Source of the DNA: Eledone cirrhosa
Taxonomy: Eukaryota
NCBI GenBank assembly: GCA_964016885.1
Contig: CAXHJY010001547.1
Span: 111,342 to 175,341, forward strand
Direction: 5' to 3'
Length of the DNA: 64,000 nt
Numbering within the stretch: the first letter of the stretch is position 1; the number at the start of each line of letters is the position of its first letter. The notes under the pieces were generated by a model, which was not told the origin of the DNA, searched no databases, and saw only the letters and a program-made list of their open reading frames with translations. Made by a program: the position numbers and the translations under genes. Positions 21,901-36,900 of the stretch are shown here, piece by piece.

Positions 21901-24900
21901 TGAAGACATTCCTGACTCAGTTTAGCTGTTGTATTAGTGTAGCTGCATGGATGGCCATCATGAAAACATTCCTGACTCTGTTTAGCTGTTGTATTAGTGT
22001 AGCTGCAAGGCTGGCCATCATGAAGACATTCCTGACTCTGTTTAGCTGTTGTATTAGTGTAGCTGCAAGGTTGGCCATCATGAAGACATTCCTGACTCTG
22101 TTTAGCTGTTGTATTAGTGTAGCTGCAAGGTTGGCCATCATGAAGACATTCCTGACTCTGTTTAGCTGTTGTATTAGTGTTGCTGCAAGGCTGGCCATCA
22201 TGAAGACATTCCTGACTCTGTTTAGCTGTTGTATTAGCGTAGCTGCAAAGTTGGCAATCATGAAGACATTCCTGACTCTGTTTTGCTGTTGTATTAGTGT
22301 AGCTGCAAGGTTGGCCATCATCAAGACATTCCTGACTCTGTTTAACTGTTGTATTAGTGTAGCTGCAAGGTTGGCCATCATGAAGACATTCCTGACTCTG
22401 TTTAGCTGTTGTATTAGTGTAGCTGCAAGGCTGGCCATCATGAAGACATTCCTAAACTCTGTTTAGCTGTTGTATTAGTGTAGCTGCAAGGTTGGCCATC
22501 ATGAAGACATTCCTGACTCTGTTTAGCTGTTGTATTAGTGTAGCTGCAAGGCTGGCCATCATGAAAACATTCCTGACTCTGCTTAGCTGTTGTATTAGTG
22601 TAGCTGCAAGGTTGGCCATCATGAAGACATTCCTGACTCTGTTTAGCTGTTGTATTAGTGTAGCTGCAAGGCTGGCCATCATGAAGACATTCCTGACTCT
22701 GTTTAGCTGTTGTATTAGTGTAGCTGCAAGGTTGGCCATCATGAAGACATTCCTGACTCTGTTTAGCTGTTGTATTAGTGTAGTTGCAAGGCTGGCCATC
22801 ATGAAGACATTCCTGACTCTGTTTAGCTGTTGTATTAGTGTAGCTGCAAGGTTTGCCATCATGAAGACATTCCTGACTCTGTTTAGCTGTTGTATTAGTG
22901 TTGCTGCAAGGCTGGCCATCATGAAGACATTCCTGACTCTGTTTAGCTGTTGTATTAGCGTAGCTGCAAAGTTGGCAATCATGAAGACATTCCTGACTCT
23001 GTTTTGCTGTTGTATTAGTGTAGCTGCAAGGTTGGCCATCATCAAGACATTCCTGACTCTGTTTAACTGTTGTATTAGTGTAGCTGCAAGGTTGGCCATC
23101 ATGAAGACATTCCTGACTCTGTTTAGCTGTTGTATTAGTGTTGCTGCAAGGCTGGCCATCATGAAGACATTCCTGACTCTGTTTAGCTGTTGTATTAGTG
23201 TAGCTGCAAGGCTGGCCATCATGAAGACATTCCTAAACTCTGTTTAGCTGTTGTATTAGTGTAGCTGCAAGGTTGGCCATCATGAAGACATTCCTGACTC
23301 TGTTTAGCTGTTGTATTAGTGTAGCTGCAAGGCTGGCCATCATGAAGATATTCCTGACTCTGCTTAGCTGTTGTATTAGTGTAGCTGCAAGGTTGGCCAT
23401 CATGAAGACATTCCTGACTCTGTTTAGCTGTTGTATTAGTGTAGCTGCAAGGTTGGCCATCATGAAGACATTCCTGACTCTGTTTAGCTGTTGTATTAGT
23501 GTTGCTGCAAAGTTGGCAATCATGAAGACATTCCTGACTCTGTTTTGCTGTTGTATTAGTGTAGCTGCAAGGTTGGCCATCATCAAGACATTCCTGACTC
23601 TGTTTAACTGTTGTATTAGTGTAGCTGCAAGGCTGGCCACCATGAAGACATTCCTGACTCTGTTTAGCTGTTGTATTAGTGTAGCTGCAAGGCTGGCCAT
23701 CATGAAGACATTCCTGACTCTGTTTAGCTGTTGTATTAGTGTAGCGGCAAGGCTTGCCATCATGAAGACATTCCTGACTCTGTTTAGCTGTTGTATTAGT
23801 GTAGCTGAAAGGCTGGCCATCATGAAGACATTTCTGACTCTGTTTAGCTGTTGTATTAGTGTAGCTGCAAGGCTGGCCATCATGAAGACATTCCTGACTC
23901 TGTTTAGCTGTTGTATTAGTGTAGCTGCAAGGCTGGCCATCATGAAGACATTCCTGACTCTGTTTAGCTTTTGTATTAGTGTAGCTGCAAGGCTGGCCAT
24001 CATGAAAACATTCCTGACTCTGTTTAGCTGTTGTATTAGTGTAGCTGCAAGGTTGGCAATCATGAAGACATTCCTGACTCTGTTTAGCTGTTGTATTAGT
24101 GTAGCTGCAAGGTTGGCCATCATGAAGACATTCCTGACTCTGTTTAGCTGTTGTATTAGTGTTGCGGCAAGGCTGGCCATCATGAAGACATTCCTGACTC
24201 TGTTTAGCTGTTGTATTAGTGTAGCTGCAAGGTTGGCCATCATGAAGACATTCCTGACTCTGTTTAGCTGTTGTATTAGTGTAGTTGCAAGGCTGGCCAT
24301 CACGAAGACATTCCTGACTCTGTTTAGCTGTTGTATTAGTGTAGCTGCAAGGTTGGCCATCATGAAGACATTCCTGACTCTGTTTAGCTGTTGTATTAGT
24401 GTTGCTGCAAGGCTGGCCATCATGAAGACATTCCTGACTCTGTTTAGCTGTTGTATTAGTGTAGCTGCAAAGTTGGCAATCATGAAGACATTCCTGACTC
24501 TGTTTTGCTGTTGTATTAGTGTAGCTGCAAGTCTTGCCATCATGAAGACATCCCTGACTCTGTTTAGCTGTTGTATTAGTGTAGCTGCAAGGCTGGCCAT
24601 CATGAAGACATTCCTGACTCAGTTTAGCTGTTGTATTAGTGTAGCTGCAAGGATGGCCATCATGAAGACATTCCTGACTCTGTTTAGCTGTTGTATTAGT
24701 GTAGCTGCAAGGCTGGCCATCATGAAGACATTCCTGACTCTGTTTAGCTGTTGTATTAGTGTAGCTGCAAGGCTGGCCATCATGAAGACATTCCTGACTC
24801 TGTTTAGCTGTTGTATTAGTGTAGCTGCAAGGTTGGCCATCATGAAGACATTCCTGACACTGTTTAGCTTTTGTATTAGTGTAGCTGCAAGGCTGGCCAT

Positions 24901-27900
24901 CATGAAGACATTCCTGACTCTGTTTAGCTGTTGTATTAGTGTAGCTGCAAGGTTGGCAATCATGAAGACATTCCTGACTCTGTTTAGCTGTTGTATTAGT
25001 GTAGCTGCAAGGTTGGCCATCATGAAGACATTCCTGACTCTGTTTAGCTGTTGTATTAGTGTAGCTGCAAGGCTGGCCATCATGAAGACATTCCTAAATT
25101 CTGTTTAGCTGTTGTATTAGTATGGCTGCAAGGTTGGCCATCATGAAGACATTCCTGACTCTGTTTAGCTGTTGTATTAGTGTAGCTGCAAGGCTGGCCA
25201 TCATGAAGACATTCCTGACTCTGTTTAGCTGTTGTATTAGTGTAGCTGCAAGGCTGGCCATCATGAAGACATTCCTGACTCAGTTTAGCTGTTGTATTAG
25301 TGTAGCTGCAAGGATGGCCATCATGAAGACATTCCTGACTCTGTTTAGCTGTTGTATTAGTGTAGCTGCAAGGCTGGCCATCATGAAGACATTCCTGACT
25401 CTGTTTAGCTGTTGTATTAGTGTAGCTACAAGGCTGGCCATCATGAAGACATTCCTGACTCTGTTTAGCTGTTGTATTAGTGTAGCTGCAAGGCTGGCCA
25501 TCATGAAGACATTCCTGACTCTGTTTAGCTGTTGTATTAGTGTAGCTGCAAGGCTGGCCATCATGAAGACATTCCTGACTCTGTTTAGCTGTTGTATTAG
25601 TGTAGCTGCAAGGTTGGCCATCATGAAGACATTCCTGACTCTGTTTAGCTTTTGTATTAGTGTAGCTGCAAGGCTGGCCATCATGAAGACATTCCTGACT
25701 CTGTTTAGCTGTTGTATTAGTGTAGCTGCAAGGTTGGCAATCATTAAGACATTCCTGACTCTGTTTAGCTGTTGTATTAGTGTAGCTGCAAGGTTGGCCA
25801 TCATGAAGACATTCCTGACTCTGTTTAGCTGTTGTATTAGTGTAGCTGCAAGGCTGGCCATCATGAAGACATTCCTAAATTCTGTTTAGCTGTTGTATTA
25901 GTATGGCTGCAAGGTTGGCCATCATGAAGACATTCCTGACTCTGTTTAGCTGTTGTATTAGTGTAGCTGCAAGGCTGGCCATCATGAAGACATTCCTGAC
26001 TCTGTTTAGCTGTTGTATTAGTGTAGCTGCAAGGCTGGCCATCATGAAGACATTCCTGACTCAGTTTAGCTGTTGTATTAGTGTAGCTGCATGGATGGCC
26101 ATCATGAAAACATTCCTGACTCTGTTTAGCTGTTGTATTAGTGTAGCTGCAAGGCTGGCCATCATGAAGACATTCCTGACTCTGTTTAGCTGTTGTATTA
26201 GTGTAGCTGCAAGGTTGGCCATCATGAAGACATTCCTGACTCTGTTTAGCTGTTGTATTAGTGTAGTTGCAAGGCTGGCCATCATGAAGACATTCCTGAC
26301 TCTGTTTAGCTGTTGTATTAGTGTAGCTGCAAGGTTGGCCATCATGAAGACATTCCTGACTCTGTTTAGCTGTTGTATTAGTGTTGCTGCAAGGCTGGCC
26401 ATCATGAAGACATTCCTGACTCTGTTTAGCTGTTGTATTAGCGTAGCTGCAAAGTTGGCAATCATGAAGACATTCCTGACTCTGTTTTGCTGTTGTATTA
26501 GTGTAGCTGCAAGGTTGGCCATCATCAAGACATTCCTGACTCTGTTTAACTGTTGTATTAGTGTAGCTGCAAGGTTGGCCATCATGAAGACATTCCTGAC
26601 TCTGTTTAGCTGTTGTATTAGTGTAGCTGCAAGGCTGGCCATCATGAAGACATTCCTAAACTCTGTTTAGCTGTTGTATTAGTGTAGCTGCAAGGTTGGC
26701 CATCATGAAGACATTCCTGACTCTGTTTAGCTGTTGTATTAGTGTAGCTGCAAGGCTGGCCATCATGAAAACATTCCTGACTCTGCTTAGCTGTTGTATT
26801 AGTGTAGCTGCAAGGTTGGCCATCATGAAGACATTCCTGACTCTGTTTAGCTGTTGTATTAGTGTAGCTGCAAGTCTTGCCATCATGAAGACATTCCTGA
26901 CTCTGTTTAGCTGTTGTATTAGTGTAGCTGCAAGGCTGGCCATCATGAAGACATTCCTAAACTCTGTTTAGCTGTTGTATTAGTGTAGCTGCAAGGTTGG
27001 CCATCATGAAGACATTCCTGACTCTGTTTAGCTGTTGTATTAGTGTTGCTGCAAGGCTGGCCATCATGAAGACATTCCTGACTCTGTTTAGCTGTTGTAT
27101 TAGCGTAGCTGCAAAGTTGGCAATCATGAAGACATTCCTGACTCTGTTTTGCTGTTGTATTAGTGTAGCTGCAAGGTTGGCCATCATCAAGACATTCCTG
27201 ACTCTGTTTAACTGTTGTATTAGTGTAGCTGCAAGGTTGGCCATCATGAAGACATTCCTGACTCTGTTTAGCTGTTGTATTAGTGTAGCTGCAAGGCTGG
27301 CCATCATGAAGACATTCCTGACTCAGTTTAGCTGTTGTATTAGTGTAGCTGCATGGATGGCCATCATGAAAACATTCCTGACTCTGTTTAGCTGTTGTAT
27401 TAGTGTAGCTGCAAGGCTGGCCATCATGAAGACATTCCTGACTCAGTTTAGCTGTTGTATTATTGTAGCTGCAAGGATGGCCATCATGAAGACATTCCTG
27501 ACTCTGTTTAGCTGTTGTATTAGTGTAGCTGCAAGGCTGGCCATCATGAAGACATTCCTGACTCTGTTTAGCTGTTGTATTAGTGTAGCTGCAAGGTTGG
27601 CCATCATGAAGACATTCCTGACTCTGTTTAGCTGTTGTATTAGTGTAGTTGCAAGGCTGGCCATCATGAAGACATTCCTGACTCTGTTTAGCTGTTGTAT
27701 TAGTGTAGCTGCAAGGTTGGCCATCATGAAGACATTCCTGACTCTGTTTAGCTGTTGTATTAGTGTTGCTGCAAAGTTGGCAATCATGAAGACATTCCTG
27801 ACTCTGTTTTGCTGTTGTATTAGTGTAGCTGCAAGGTTGGCCATCATCAAGACATTCCTGACTCTGTTTAACTGTTGTATTAGTGTAGCTGCAAGGCTGG

Positions 27901-30900
27901 CCACCATGAAGACATTCCTGACTCTGTTTAGCTGTTGTATTAGTGTAGCTGCAAGGCTGGCCATCATGAAGACACTCCTGACTCTGTTTAGCTGTTGTAT
28001 TAGTGTAGCTGCAAGGCTTGCCATCATGAAGACATTCCTGACTCTGTTTAGCTGTTGTATTAGTGTAGCTGAAAGGCTGGCCATCATGAAGACATTTCTG
28101 ACTCTGTTTAGCTGTTGTATTAGTGTAGCTGCAAGGCTGGCCATCATGAAGACATTCCTGACTCTGTTTAGCTATTGTATTAGTGTAGCTGCAAGGCTGG
28201 CCATCATGAAGACATTCCTGACTCTGTTTAGCTTTTGTATTAGTGTAACTGCAAGGCTGGCCATCATGAAAACATTCCTGACTCTGTTTAGCCGTTGTAT
28301 TAGTGTAGCTGCAAGGTTGGCAATCATGAAGACATTCCTGACTCTGTTTAGCTGTTGTATTAGTGTAGCTGCAAGGTTGGCCATCATGAAGACATTCCTG
28401 ACTCTGTTTAGCTGTTGTATTAGTGTTGCTGCAAGGCTGGCCATCATGAAGACATTCCTGACTCTGTTTAACTGTTGTATTAGTGTAGCTGCAAAGTTGG
28501 CAATCATGAAGACATTCCTGACTCTGTTTTGCTGTTGTATTAGTGTAGCTGCAAGGTTGGCCATCATCAAGACATTCCTGACTCTGTTTAACTGTTGTAT
28601 TAGTGTAGCTGCAAGGTTGGCCATCATGAAGACATTCCTGACTCTGTTTAGCTGTTGTATTAGTGTAGCTGCAAGGCTGGCCATCATGAAGACATTCCTA
28701 AACTCTGTTTAGCTGTTGTATTAGTGTAGCTGCAAAGTTGGCCATCATGAAGACATTCCTGACTCTGTTTAGCTGTTGTATTAGTGTAGCTGCAAGGCTG
28801 GCCATCATGAAGACATTCCTGACTCTGTTTAGCTGTTGTATTAGTGTAGCTGCAAGGTTGGCCATCATGAAGACATTCCTGACTCTGTTTAGCTGTTGTA
28901 TTAGTGTAGCTGCAAGTCTTGCCATCATGAAGACATTCCTGACTCTGTTTAGCTGTTGTAGTAGTGTAGCTGCAAGGCTGGCCATCATGAAGACATTCCT
29001 TATTCAGTTTAGCTTTTGTATTAGTGTAGCTGCAAGGATGGCCATCATGAAGACATTCCTGACTCTGTTTAGCTGTTGTATTAGTGTAGCTGCAAGGCTG
29101 GCCATCATGAAGACATTCCTGACTCTGTTTAGCTGTTGTATTAGTGTAGCTGCAAGGTTGGCCATCATGAAGACATTCCTGACTCTGTTTAGCTGTTGTA
29201 TTAGTGTAGTTGCAAGGCTGGCCATCACGAAGACATTCCTGACTCTGTTTAGCTGTTGTATTAGTGTAGCTGCAAGGTTGGCCATCATGAAGACATTCCT
29301 GACTCTGTTTAGCTGTTGTATTAGTGTTGCTGCAAGGCTGGCCATCATGAAGACATTCCTGACTCTGTTTAGCTGTTGTATTAGTGTAGCTGCAAAGTTG
29401 GCAATCATGAAGACATTCCTGACTCTGTTTTGCTGTTGTATTAGTGTAGCTGCAAGGTTGGCCATCATCAAGACATTCCTGACTCTGTTTAACTGTTGTA
29501 TTAGTGTAGCTGCAAGGCTGGCCACCATGAAGACATTCCTGACTCTGTTTAGCTGTTGTATTAGTGTAGCTGCAAGGCTGGCCATCATGAAGACATTCCT
29601 GACTCTGTTTAGCTGTTGTATTAGTGTAGCTGCAAGGTTGGCCATCATGAAGACATTCCTGACTCTGCTTAGCTGTTGTATGAGTGTAGCTGCAAGGCTG
29701 GCCATCATGAAGACATTCCTGACTCTGTTTAGCTGTTGTATTAGTGTAGCTGCAAGGCTTGCCATCATGAAGACATTCCTGACTCTGTTTAGCTGTTGTA
29801 TTAGTGTAACTGCAAGGCTTGCCATCATGAAGACATTCCTGACTCTGTTTAGCTGTTGTATTAGTGTAGCTGCAAGGCTGGCCATCATGAAGACATTCCT
29901 GACTCAGTTTAGCTGTTGTATTAGTGTAGCTGAAAGGCTGGCCATCATGAAGACGTTTCTGATTCTGTTTAGCTGTTGTATTAGTGTAGCTGCAAGTTTG
30001 GCCATCATGAAGACATTCCTGACTCTGTTTAGCTGTTGTATTAGTGTAGCTGCAAGGCTGGCCATCATGAAGACATTCCTGACTCTGTTTAGCTGTTGTA
30101 TTAGTGTAGCTGCAAGGCTGGCCATCATGAAGACATTCCTGACTCTGTTTAGCTTTTGTATTAGTGTAGCTGCAAGGCTGGCCATCATGAAGACATTCCT
30201 GACTCTGTTTAGCTGTTGTATTAGTGTAGCTGCAAGGATGGCAATCATGAAGACATTCCTGACTCTGTTTAGCTGTTGTCTTAGTGTAGCTGCAAGGTTG
30301 GCCATCATGAAGACATTCCTGACTCTGTTTAGCTGTTGTTTTAGTGTAGCTGCAAGGCTGGCCATCATGAAGACATTCCTAAACTCTGTTTAGCTGTTGT
30401 ATTAGTGTAGCTGCAAGGTTGGCCATCATGAAGACATTCCTGACTCTGTTTAGCTGTTGTATTAGTGTAGCTGCAAGGCTGGCCATCATGAAGACATTCC
30501 TGACTCTGTTTAGCTGTTGTATTAGTGTAGCTGCAAGGTTGGCCATCATGAAGACATTCCTGACTCTGTTTAGCTGTTGTATTAGTGTAGCTGCAAGGTT
30601 GGCCATCATGAAGACATTCCTGACTCTGTTTAGCTGTTGTATTAGTGTAGCTGCAAGGCTGGCCATCATGAAGACATTCCTGACTCTGTTTAGCTGTTGT
30701 ATTAGTGTAGCTGCAAGGTTGGCCATCATGAAGACATTCCTGACTCTGTTTAGCTGTTGTATTAGTGTAGCTGCAAGTCTTGCCATCATGAAAACATTCC
30801 TGACTCTGTTTAGCTGTTGTATTAGTGTAGCTGCAAGGCTGGCCATCATGAAGACATTCCTGACTCAGTTTAGCTGTTGTATTAGTGTAGCTGCAAGGCT

Positions 30901-33900
30901 GTCCATCATGAAGACATTCCTGACTCAGTTTAGCTGTTGTATTAGTGTAGCTGCAAGGCTGGCCATCATGAAGACATTCCTGACTCTGTTTAGCTGTTGT
31001 ATTAGTGTAGCTGCAAGGCTGGCCATCATGAAGACATTCCTGACTCTGTTTAGCTGTTGTATTAGTGTAGCTGCAAGGTTGGCCATCATGAAGACATTCC
31101 TGACTCTGTTTAGCTGTTGTATTAGTGTAGCTGCAAGGTTGGCCATCATGAAGACATTCCTGACTCTGTTTAGCTGTTGTATTAGTGTACCTGCAAGGTT
31201 GGCCATCATGAAGACATTCCTGACTCTGTTTAGCTGTTGTATTAGTGTAGCTGCAAGGCTGGCCATCATGAAGACATTCCTGACTCTGTTTAGCTGTTGT
31301 ATTAGTGTAGCTGAAGGTTGGCCATCATGAAGACATTCCTGACTCTGTTTAGCTGTTGTATTAGTGTAGCCGCAAAGTTGGCCATCATGAAGACATTCCT
31401 GACTCAGTTTAACTGTTGTATTAGTGTAGCTGCAAGGCTGGCCATCATGAAGACATTCCTGACTCAGTTTAGCTGTTGTATTAGTGTAGCTGCAAGGCTG
31501 GCCATCATGAAGACGTTCCTGACTCAGTTTAGCTGTTGTATTAGTGTAGCTGCAAGGCTGGCCATCATGAAGACATTCCTGACTCAGTTTAGCTGTTGTA
31601 TTAGTGTAGCTGCAAGGCTGGCCATCATGAAGACATTCCTGACTCTGTTTAGCTGTTGTATTACTGTAGCTGCAAGGTTGGCCATCATGAAGACATTCCT
31701 GACTCTGTTTAGCTGTTGTATTAGTGTAGCTGCAAGGCTGGCCATCATGAAGACATTCCTGACTCTGTTTAGCTGTTGTATTAGTGTAGCTGCAAGGTTG
31801 GCCATCATGAAGATATTCCTGACTCTGTTTAGCTGTTGTATTAGTGTAGCTGCAAGGCTGGCCATCATGAAGACATTCCTGACTCTGTTTAGCTGTTGTA
31901 TTAGTGTAGCTGCAAGGTTGGCCATCATGAAGACATTCCTGACTCTGTTTAGCTGTTGTATTAGTGTAGCTGCAAGGTTGGCCATCATGAAGACATTCCT
32001 GACTCTGTTTAGCTGTTGTATTAGTGTAGCTGCAAGGCTGGCCATCATGAAGACATTCCTGACTCAGTTTAGCTGTTGTATTAGTGTAGCTGCAAGGCTG
32101 GCCATCATGAAGACATTCCTGACTCAGTTTAGCTGTTGTATTAGTGTAGCTGCAAGGCTGGCCATCATGAAGACATTCCTGACTCAGTTTAGCTGTTGTA
32201 TTAGTGTAGCTGCAAGGCTGGCCATCATGAAGACATTCCTGACTCTGTTTAGCTGTTGTATTACTGTAGCTGCAAGGTTGGCCATCATGAAGACATTCCT
32301 GACTCTGTTTAGCTGTTGTATTAGTGTAGCTGCAAGGCTGGCCATCATGAAGACATTCCTGACTCTGTTTAGCTGTTGTATTAGTGTAGCTGCAAGGCTG
32401 GCCATCATGAAGACATTCCTGACTCTGTTTAGCTGTTGTATTAGTGTAGCTGCAAGGTTGGCCATCATGAAGACATTCCTGACTCTGTTTAGCTGTTGTA
32501 TTAGTGTAGCTGCAAGGTTGGCCATCATGAAGACATTCCTGACTCTGTTTAGCTGTTGTATTAGTGTTGCTGCAAGGCTGGCCATCATGAAGACATTCCT
32601 GACTCTGTTTAGCTGTTGTATTAGTGTAGCTGCAAAGTTGGCAATCATGAAGACATTCCTGACTCTGTTTTGCTGTTGTATTAGTGTAGCTGCAAGGTTG
32701 GCCATCATCAAGACATTCCTGACTCTGTTTAACTGTTGTATTAGTGTAGCTGCAAGGCTGGCCACCATGAAGACATTCCTGACTCTGTTTAGCTGTTGTA
32801 TTAGTGTAGCTGCAAGGTTGGCCATCATGAAGACATTCCTGACTCTGTTTAGCTGTTGTATTAGTGTAGCTGCAAGGCTGGCCATCATGAAGACATTCCT
32901 GACTCTGTTTAGCTGTTGTATTAGTGTAGCTGCAAGGTTGGCCATCATGAAGACATTCCTGACTCTGTTTAGCTGTTGTATGAGTGTAGCTGCAAGGCTG
33001 GCCATCGTGAAGACATTCCTGACTCTGTTTAGCTGTTGTATTAGTGTAGCTGCAAGGCTTGCCATCATGAAGACATTCCTGACTCTGTTTAGCTGTTGTA
33101 TTAGTGTAACTGCAAGGCTTGCCATCATGAAGATATTCCTGACTCTGTTTAGCTGTTGTATTAGTGTAGCTGCAAGGCTGGCCATCATGAAGACATTCCT
33201 GACTCAGTTTAGCTGTTGTATTAGTGTAGCTGAAAGGCTGGCCATCATGAAGACATTTCTGATTCTGTTTAGCTGTTGTATTAGTGTAGCTGCAAGGTTG
33301 GCCATCATGAAGACATTCCTGACTCTGTTTAGCTGTTGTATTAGTGTAGCTGCAAGGCTGGCCATCATGAAGACATTCCTGACTCTGTTTAGCTGTTGTA
33401 TTAGTGTAGCTGCAAGGCTGGCCATCATGAAGACATTCCTGACTCTGTTTAGCTTTTGTATTAGTGTAGCTGCAAGGCTGGCCATCATGAAGACATTCCT
33501 GACTCTGTTTAGCTGTTGTATTAGTGTAGCTGCAAGGTTGGCCATCATGAAGACATTCCTGACTCTGTTTAGCTGTTGTATTAGTGTAGCTGCAAGGCTG
33601 GCCATCATGAAGACATTCCTGACTCTGTTTAGCTGTTGTATTAGTGTAGCTGCAAGGTTGGCCATCATGAAGACATTCCTGACTCTGTTTAGCTGTTGTA
33701 TTAGTGTAGCTGCAAGTCTTGCCATCATGAAAACATTCCTGACTCTGTTTAGCTGTTGTATTAGTGTAGCTGCAAGGCTGGCCATCATGAAGACATTCCT
33801 GACTCAGTTTAGCTGTTGTATTAGTGTAGCTGCAAGGCTGTCCATCATGAAGACATTCCTGACTCAGTTTAGCTGTTGTATTAGTGTAGCTGCAAGGCTG

Positions 33901-36900
33901 GCCATCATGAAGACATTCCTGACTCTGTTTAGCTGTTGTATTAGTGTAGCTGCAAGGCTGGCCATCATGAAGACATTCCTGACTCTGTTTAGCTGTTGTA
34001 TTAGTGTAGCTGCAAGGTTGGCCATCATGAAGACATTCCTGACTCTGTTTAGCTGTTGTATTAGTGTAGCTGCAAGGTTGGCCATCATGAAGACATTCCT
34101 GACTCTGTTTAGCTGTTGTATTAGTGTACCTGCAAGGTTGGCCATCATGAAGACATTCCTGACTCTGTTTAGCTGTTGTATTAGTGTAGCTGCAAGGCTG
34201 GCCATCATGAAGACATTCCTGACTCTGTTTAGCTGTTGTATTAGTGTAGCTGAAGGTTGGCCATCATGAAGACATTCCTGACTCTGTTTAGCTGTTGTAT
34301 TAGTGTAGCCGCAAAGTTGGCCATCATGAAGACATTCCTGACTCAGTTTAACTGTTGTATTAGTGTAGCTGCAAGGCTGGCCATCATGAAGACATTCCTG
34401 ACTCAGTTTAGCTGTTGTATTAGTGTAGCTGCAAGGCTGGCCATCATGAAGACGTTCCTGACTCAGTTTAGCTGTTGTATTAGTGTAGCTGCAAGGCTGG
34501 CCATCATGAAGACATTCCTGACTCAGTTTAGCTGTTGTATTAGTGTAGCTGCAAGGCTGGCCATCATGAAGACATTCCTGACTCTGTTTAGCTGTTGTAT
34601 TACTGTAGCTGCAAGGTTGGCCATCATGAAGACATTCCTGACTCTGTTTAGCTGTTGTATTAGTGTAGCTGCAAGGCTGGCCATCATGAAGACATTCCTG
34701 ACTCTGTTTAGCTGTTGTATTAGTGTAGCTGCAAGGTTGGCCATCATGAAGATATTCCTGACTCTGTTTAGCTGTTGTATTAGTGTAGCTGCAAGGCTGG
34801 CCATCATGAAGACATTCCTGACTCTGTTTAGCTGTTGTATTAGTGTAGCTGCAAGGTTGGCCATCATGAAGACATTCCTGACTCTGTTTAGCTGTTGTAT
34901 TAGTGTAGCTGCAAGGTTGGCCATCATGAAGACATTCCTGACTCTGTTTAGCTGTTGTATTAGTGTAGCTGCAAGGCTGGCCATCATGAAGACATTCCTG
35001 ACTCAGTTTAGCTGTTGTATTAGTGTAGCTGCAAGGCTGGCCATCATGAAGACATTCCTGACTCAGTTTAGCTGTTGTATTAGTGTAGCTGCAAGGCTGG
35101 CCATCATGAAGACATTCCTGACTCAGTTTAGCTGTTGTATTAGTGTAGCTGCAAGGCTGGCCATCATGAAGACATTCCTGACTCTGTTTAGCTGTTGTAT
35201 TACTGTAGCTGCAAGGTTGGCCATCATGAAGACATTCCTGACTCTGTTTAGCTGTTGTATTAGTGTAGCTGCAAGGCTGGCCATCATGAAGACATTCCTG
35301 ACTCTGTTTAGCTGTTGTATTAGTGTAGCTGCAAGGCTGGCCATCATGAAGACATTCCTGACTCTGTTTAGCTGTTGTATTAGTGTAGCTGCAAGGTTGG
35401 CCATCATGAAGACATTCCTGACTCTGTTTAGCTGTTGTATTAGTGTAGCTGCAAGGTTGGCCATCATGAAGACATTCCTGACTCTGTTTAGCTGTTGTAT
35501 TAGTGTTGCTGCAAGGCTGGCCATCATGAAGACATTCCTGACTCTGTTTAGCTGTTGTATTAGTGTAGCTGCAAAGTTGGCAATCATGAAGACATTCCTG
35601 ACTCTGTTTTGCTGTTGTATTAGTGTAGCTGCAAGGTTGGCCATCATCAAGACATTCCTGACTCTGTTTAACTGTTGTATTAGTGTAGCTGCAAGGCTGG
35701 CCACCATGAAGACATTCCTGACTCTGTTTAGCTGTTGTATTAGTGTAGCTGCAAGGTTGGCCATCATGAAGACATTCCTGACTCTGTTTAGCTGTTGTAT
35801 TAGTGTAGCTGCAAGGCTGGCCATCATGAAGACATTCCTGACTCTGTTTAGCTGTTGTATTAGTGTAGCTGCAAGGTTGGCCATCATGAAGACATTCCTG
35901 ACTCTGTTTAGCTGTTGTATGAGTGTAGCTGCAAGGCTGGCCATCGTGAAGACATTCCTGACTCTGTTTAGCTGTTGTATTAGTGTAGCTGCAAGGCTTG
36001 CCATCATGAAGACATTCCTGACTCTGTTTAGCTGTTGTATTAGTGTAGCTGCAAGGCTGGCCATCATGAAGACATTCCTGACTCTGTTTAGCTGTTGTAT
36101 TAGTGTAGCTGCAAGGTTGGCCATCATGAAGACATTCCTGACTCTGTTTAGCTGTTGTATTAGTGTAGCTGCAAGTCTTGCCATCATGAAAACATTCCTG
36201 ACTCTGTTTAGCTGTTGTATTAGTGTAGCTGCAAGGCTGGCCATCATGAAGACATTCCTGACTCAGTTTAGCTGTTGTATTAGTGTAGCTGCAAGGCTGT
36301 CCATCATGAAGACATTCCTGACTCAGTTTAGCTGTTGTATTAGTGTAGCTGCAAGGCTGGCCATCATGAAGACATTCCTGACTCTGTTTAGCTGTTGTAT
36401 TAGTGTAGCTGCAAGGCTGGCCATCATGAAGACATTCCTGACTCTGTTTAGCTGTTGTATTAGTGTAGCTGCAAGGTTGGCCATCATGAAGACATTCCTG
36501 ACTCTGTTTAGCTGTTGTATTAGTGTAGCTGCAAGGTTGGCCATCATGAAGACATTCCTGACTCTGTTTAGCTGTTGTATTAGTGTACCTGCAAGGTTGG
36601 CCATCATGAAGACATTCCTGACTCTGTTTAGCTGTTGTATTAGTGTAGCTGCAAGGCTGGCCATCATGAAGACATTCCTGACTCTGTTTAGCTGTTGTAT
36701 TAGTGTAGCTGAAGGTTGGCCATCATGAAGACATTCCTGACTCTGTTTAGCTGTTGTATTAGTGTAGCCGCAAAGTTGGCCATCATGAAGACATTCCTGA
36801 CTCAGTTTAACTGTTGTATTAGTGTAGCTGCAAGGCTGGCCATCATGAAGACATTCCTGACTCAGTTTAGCTGTTGTATTAGTGTAGCTGCAAGGCTGGC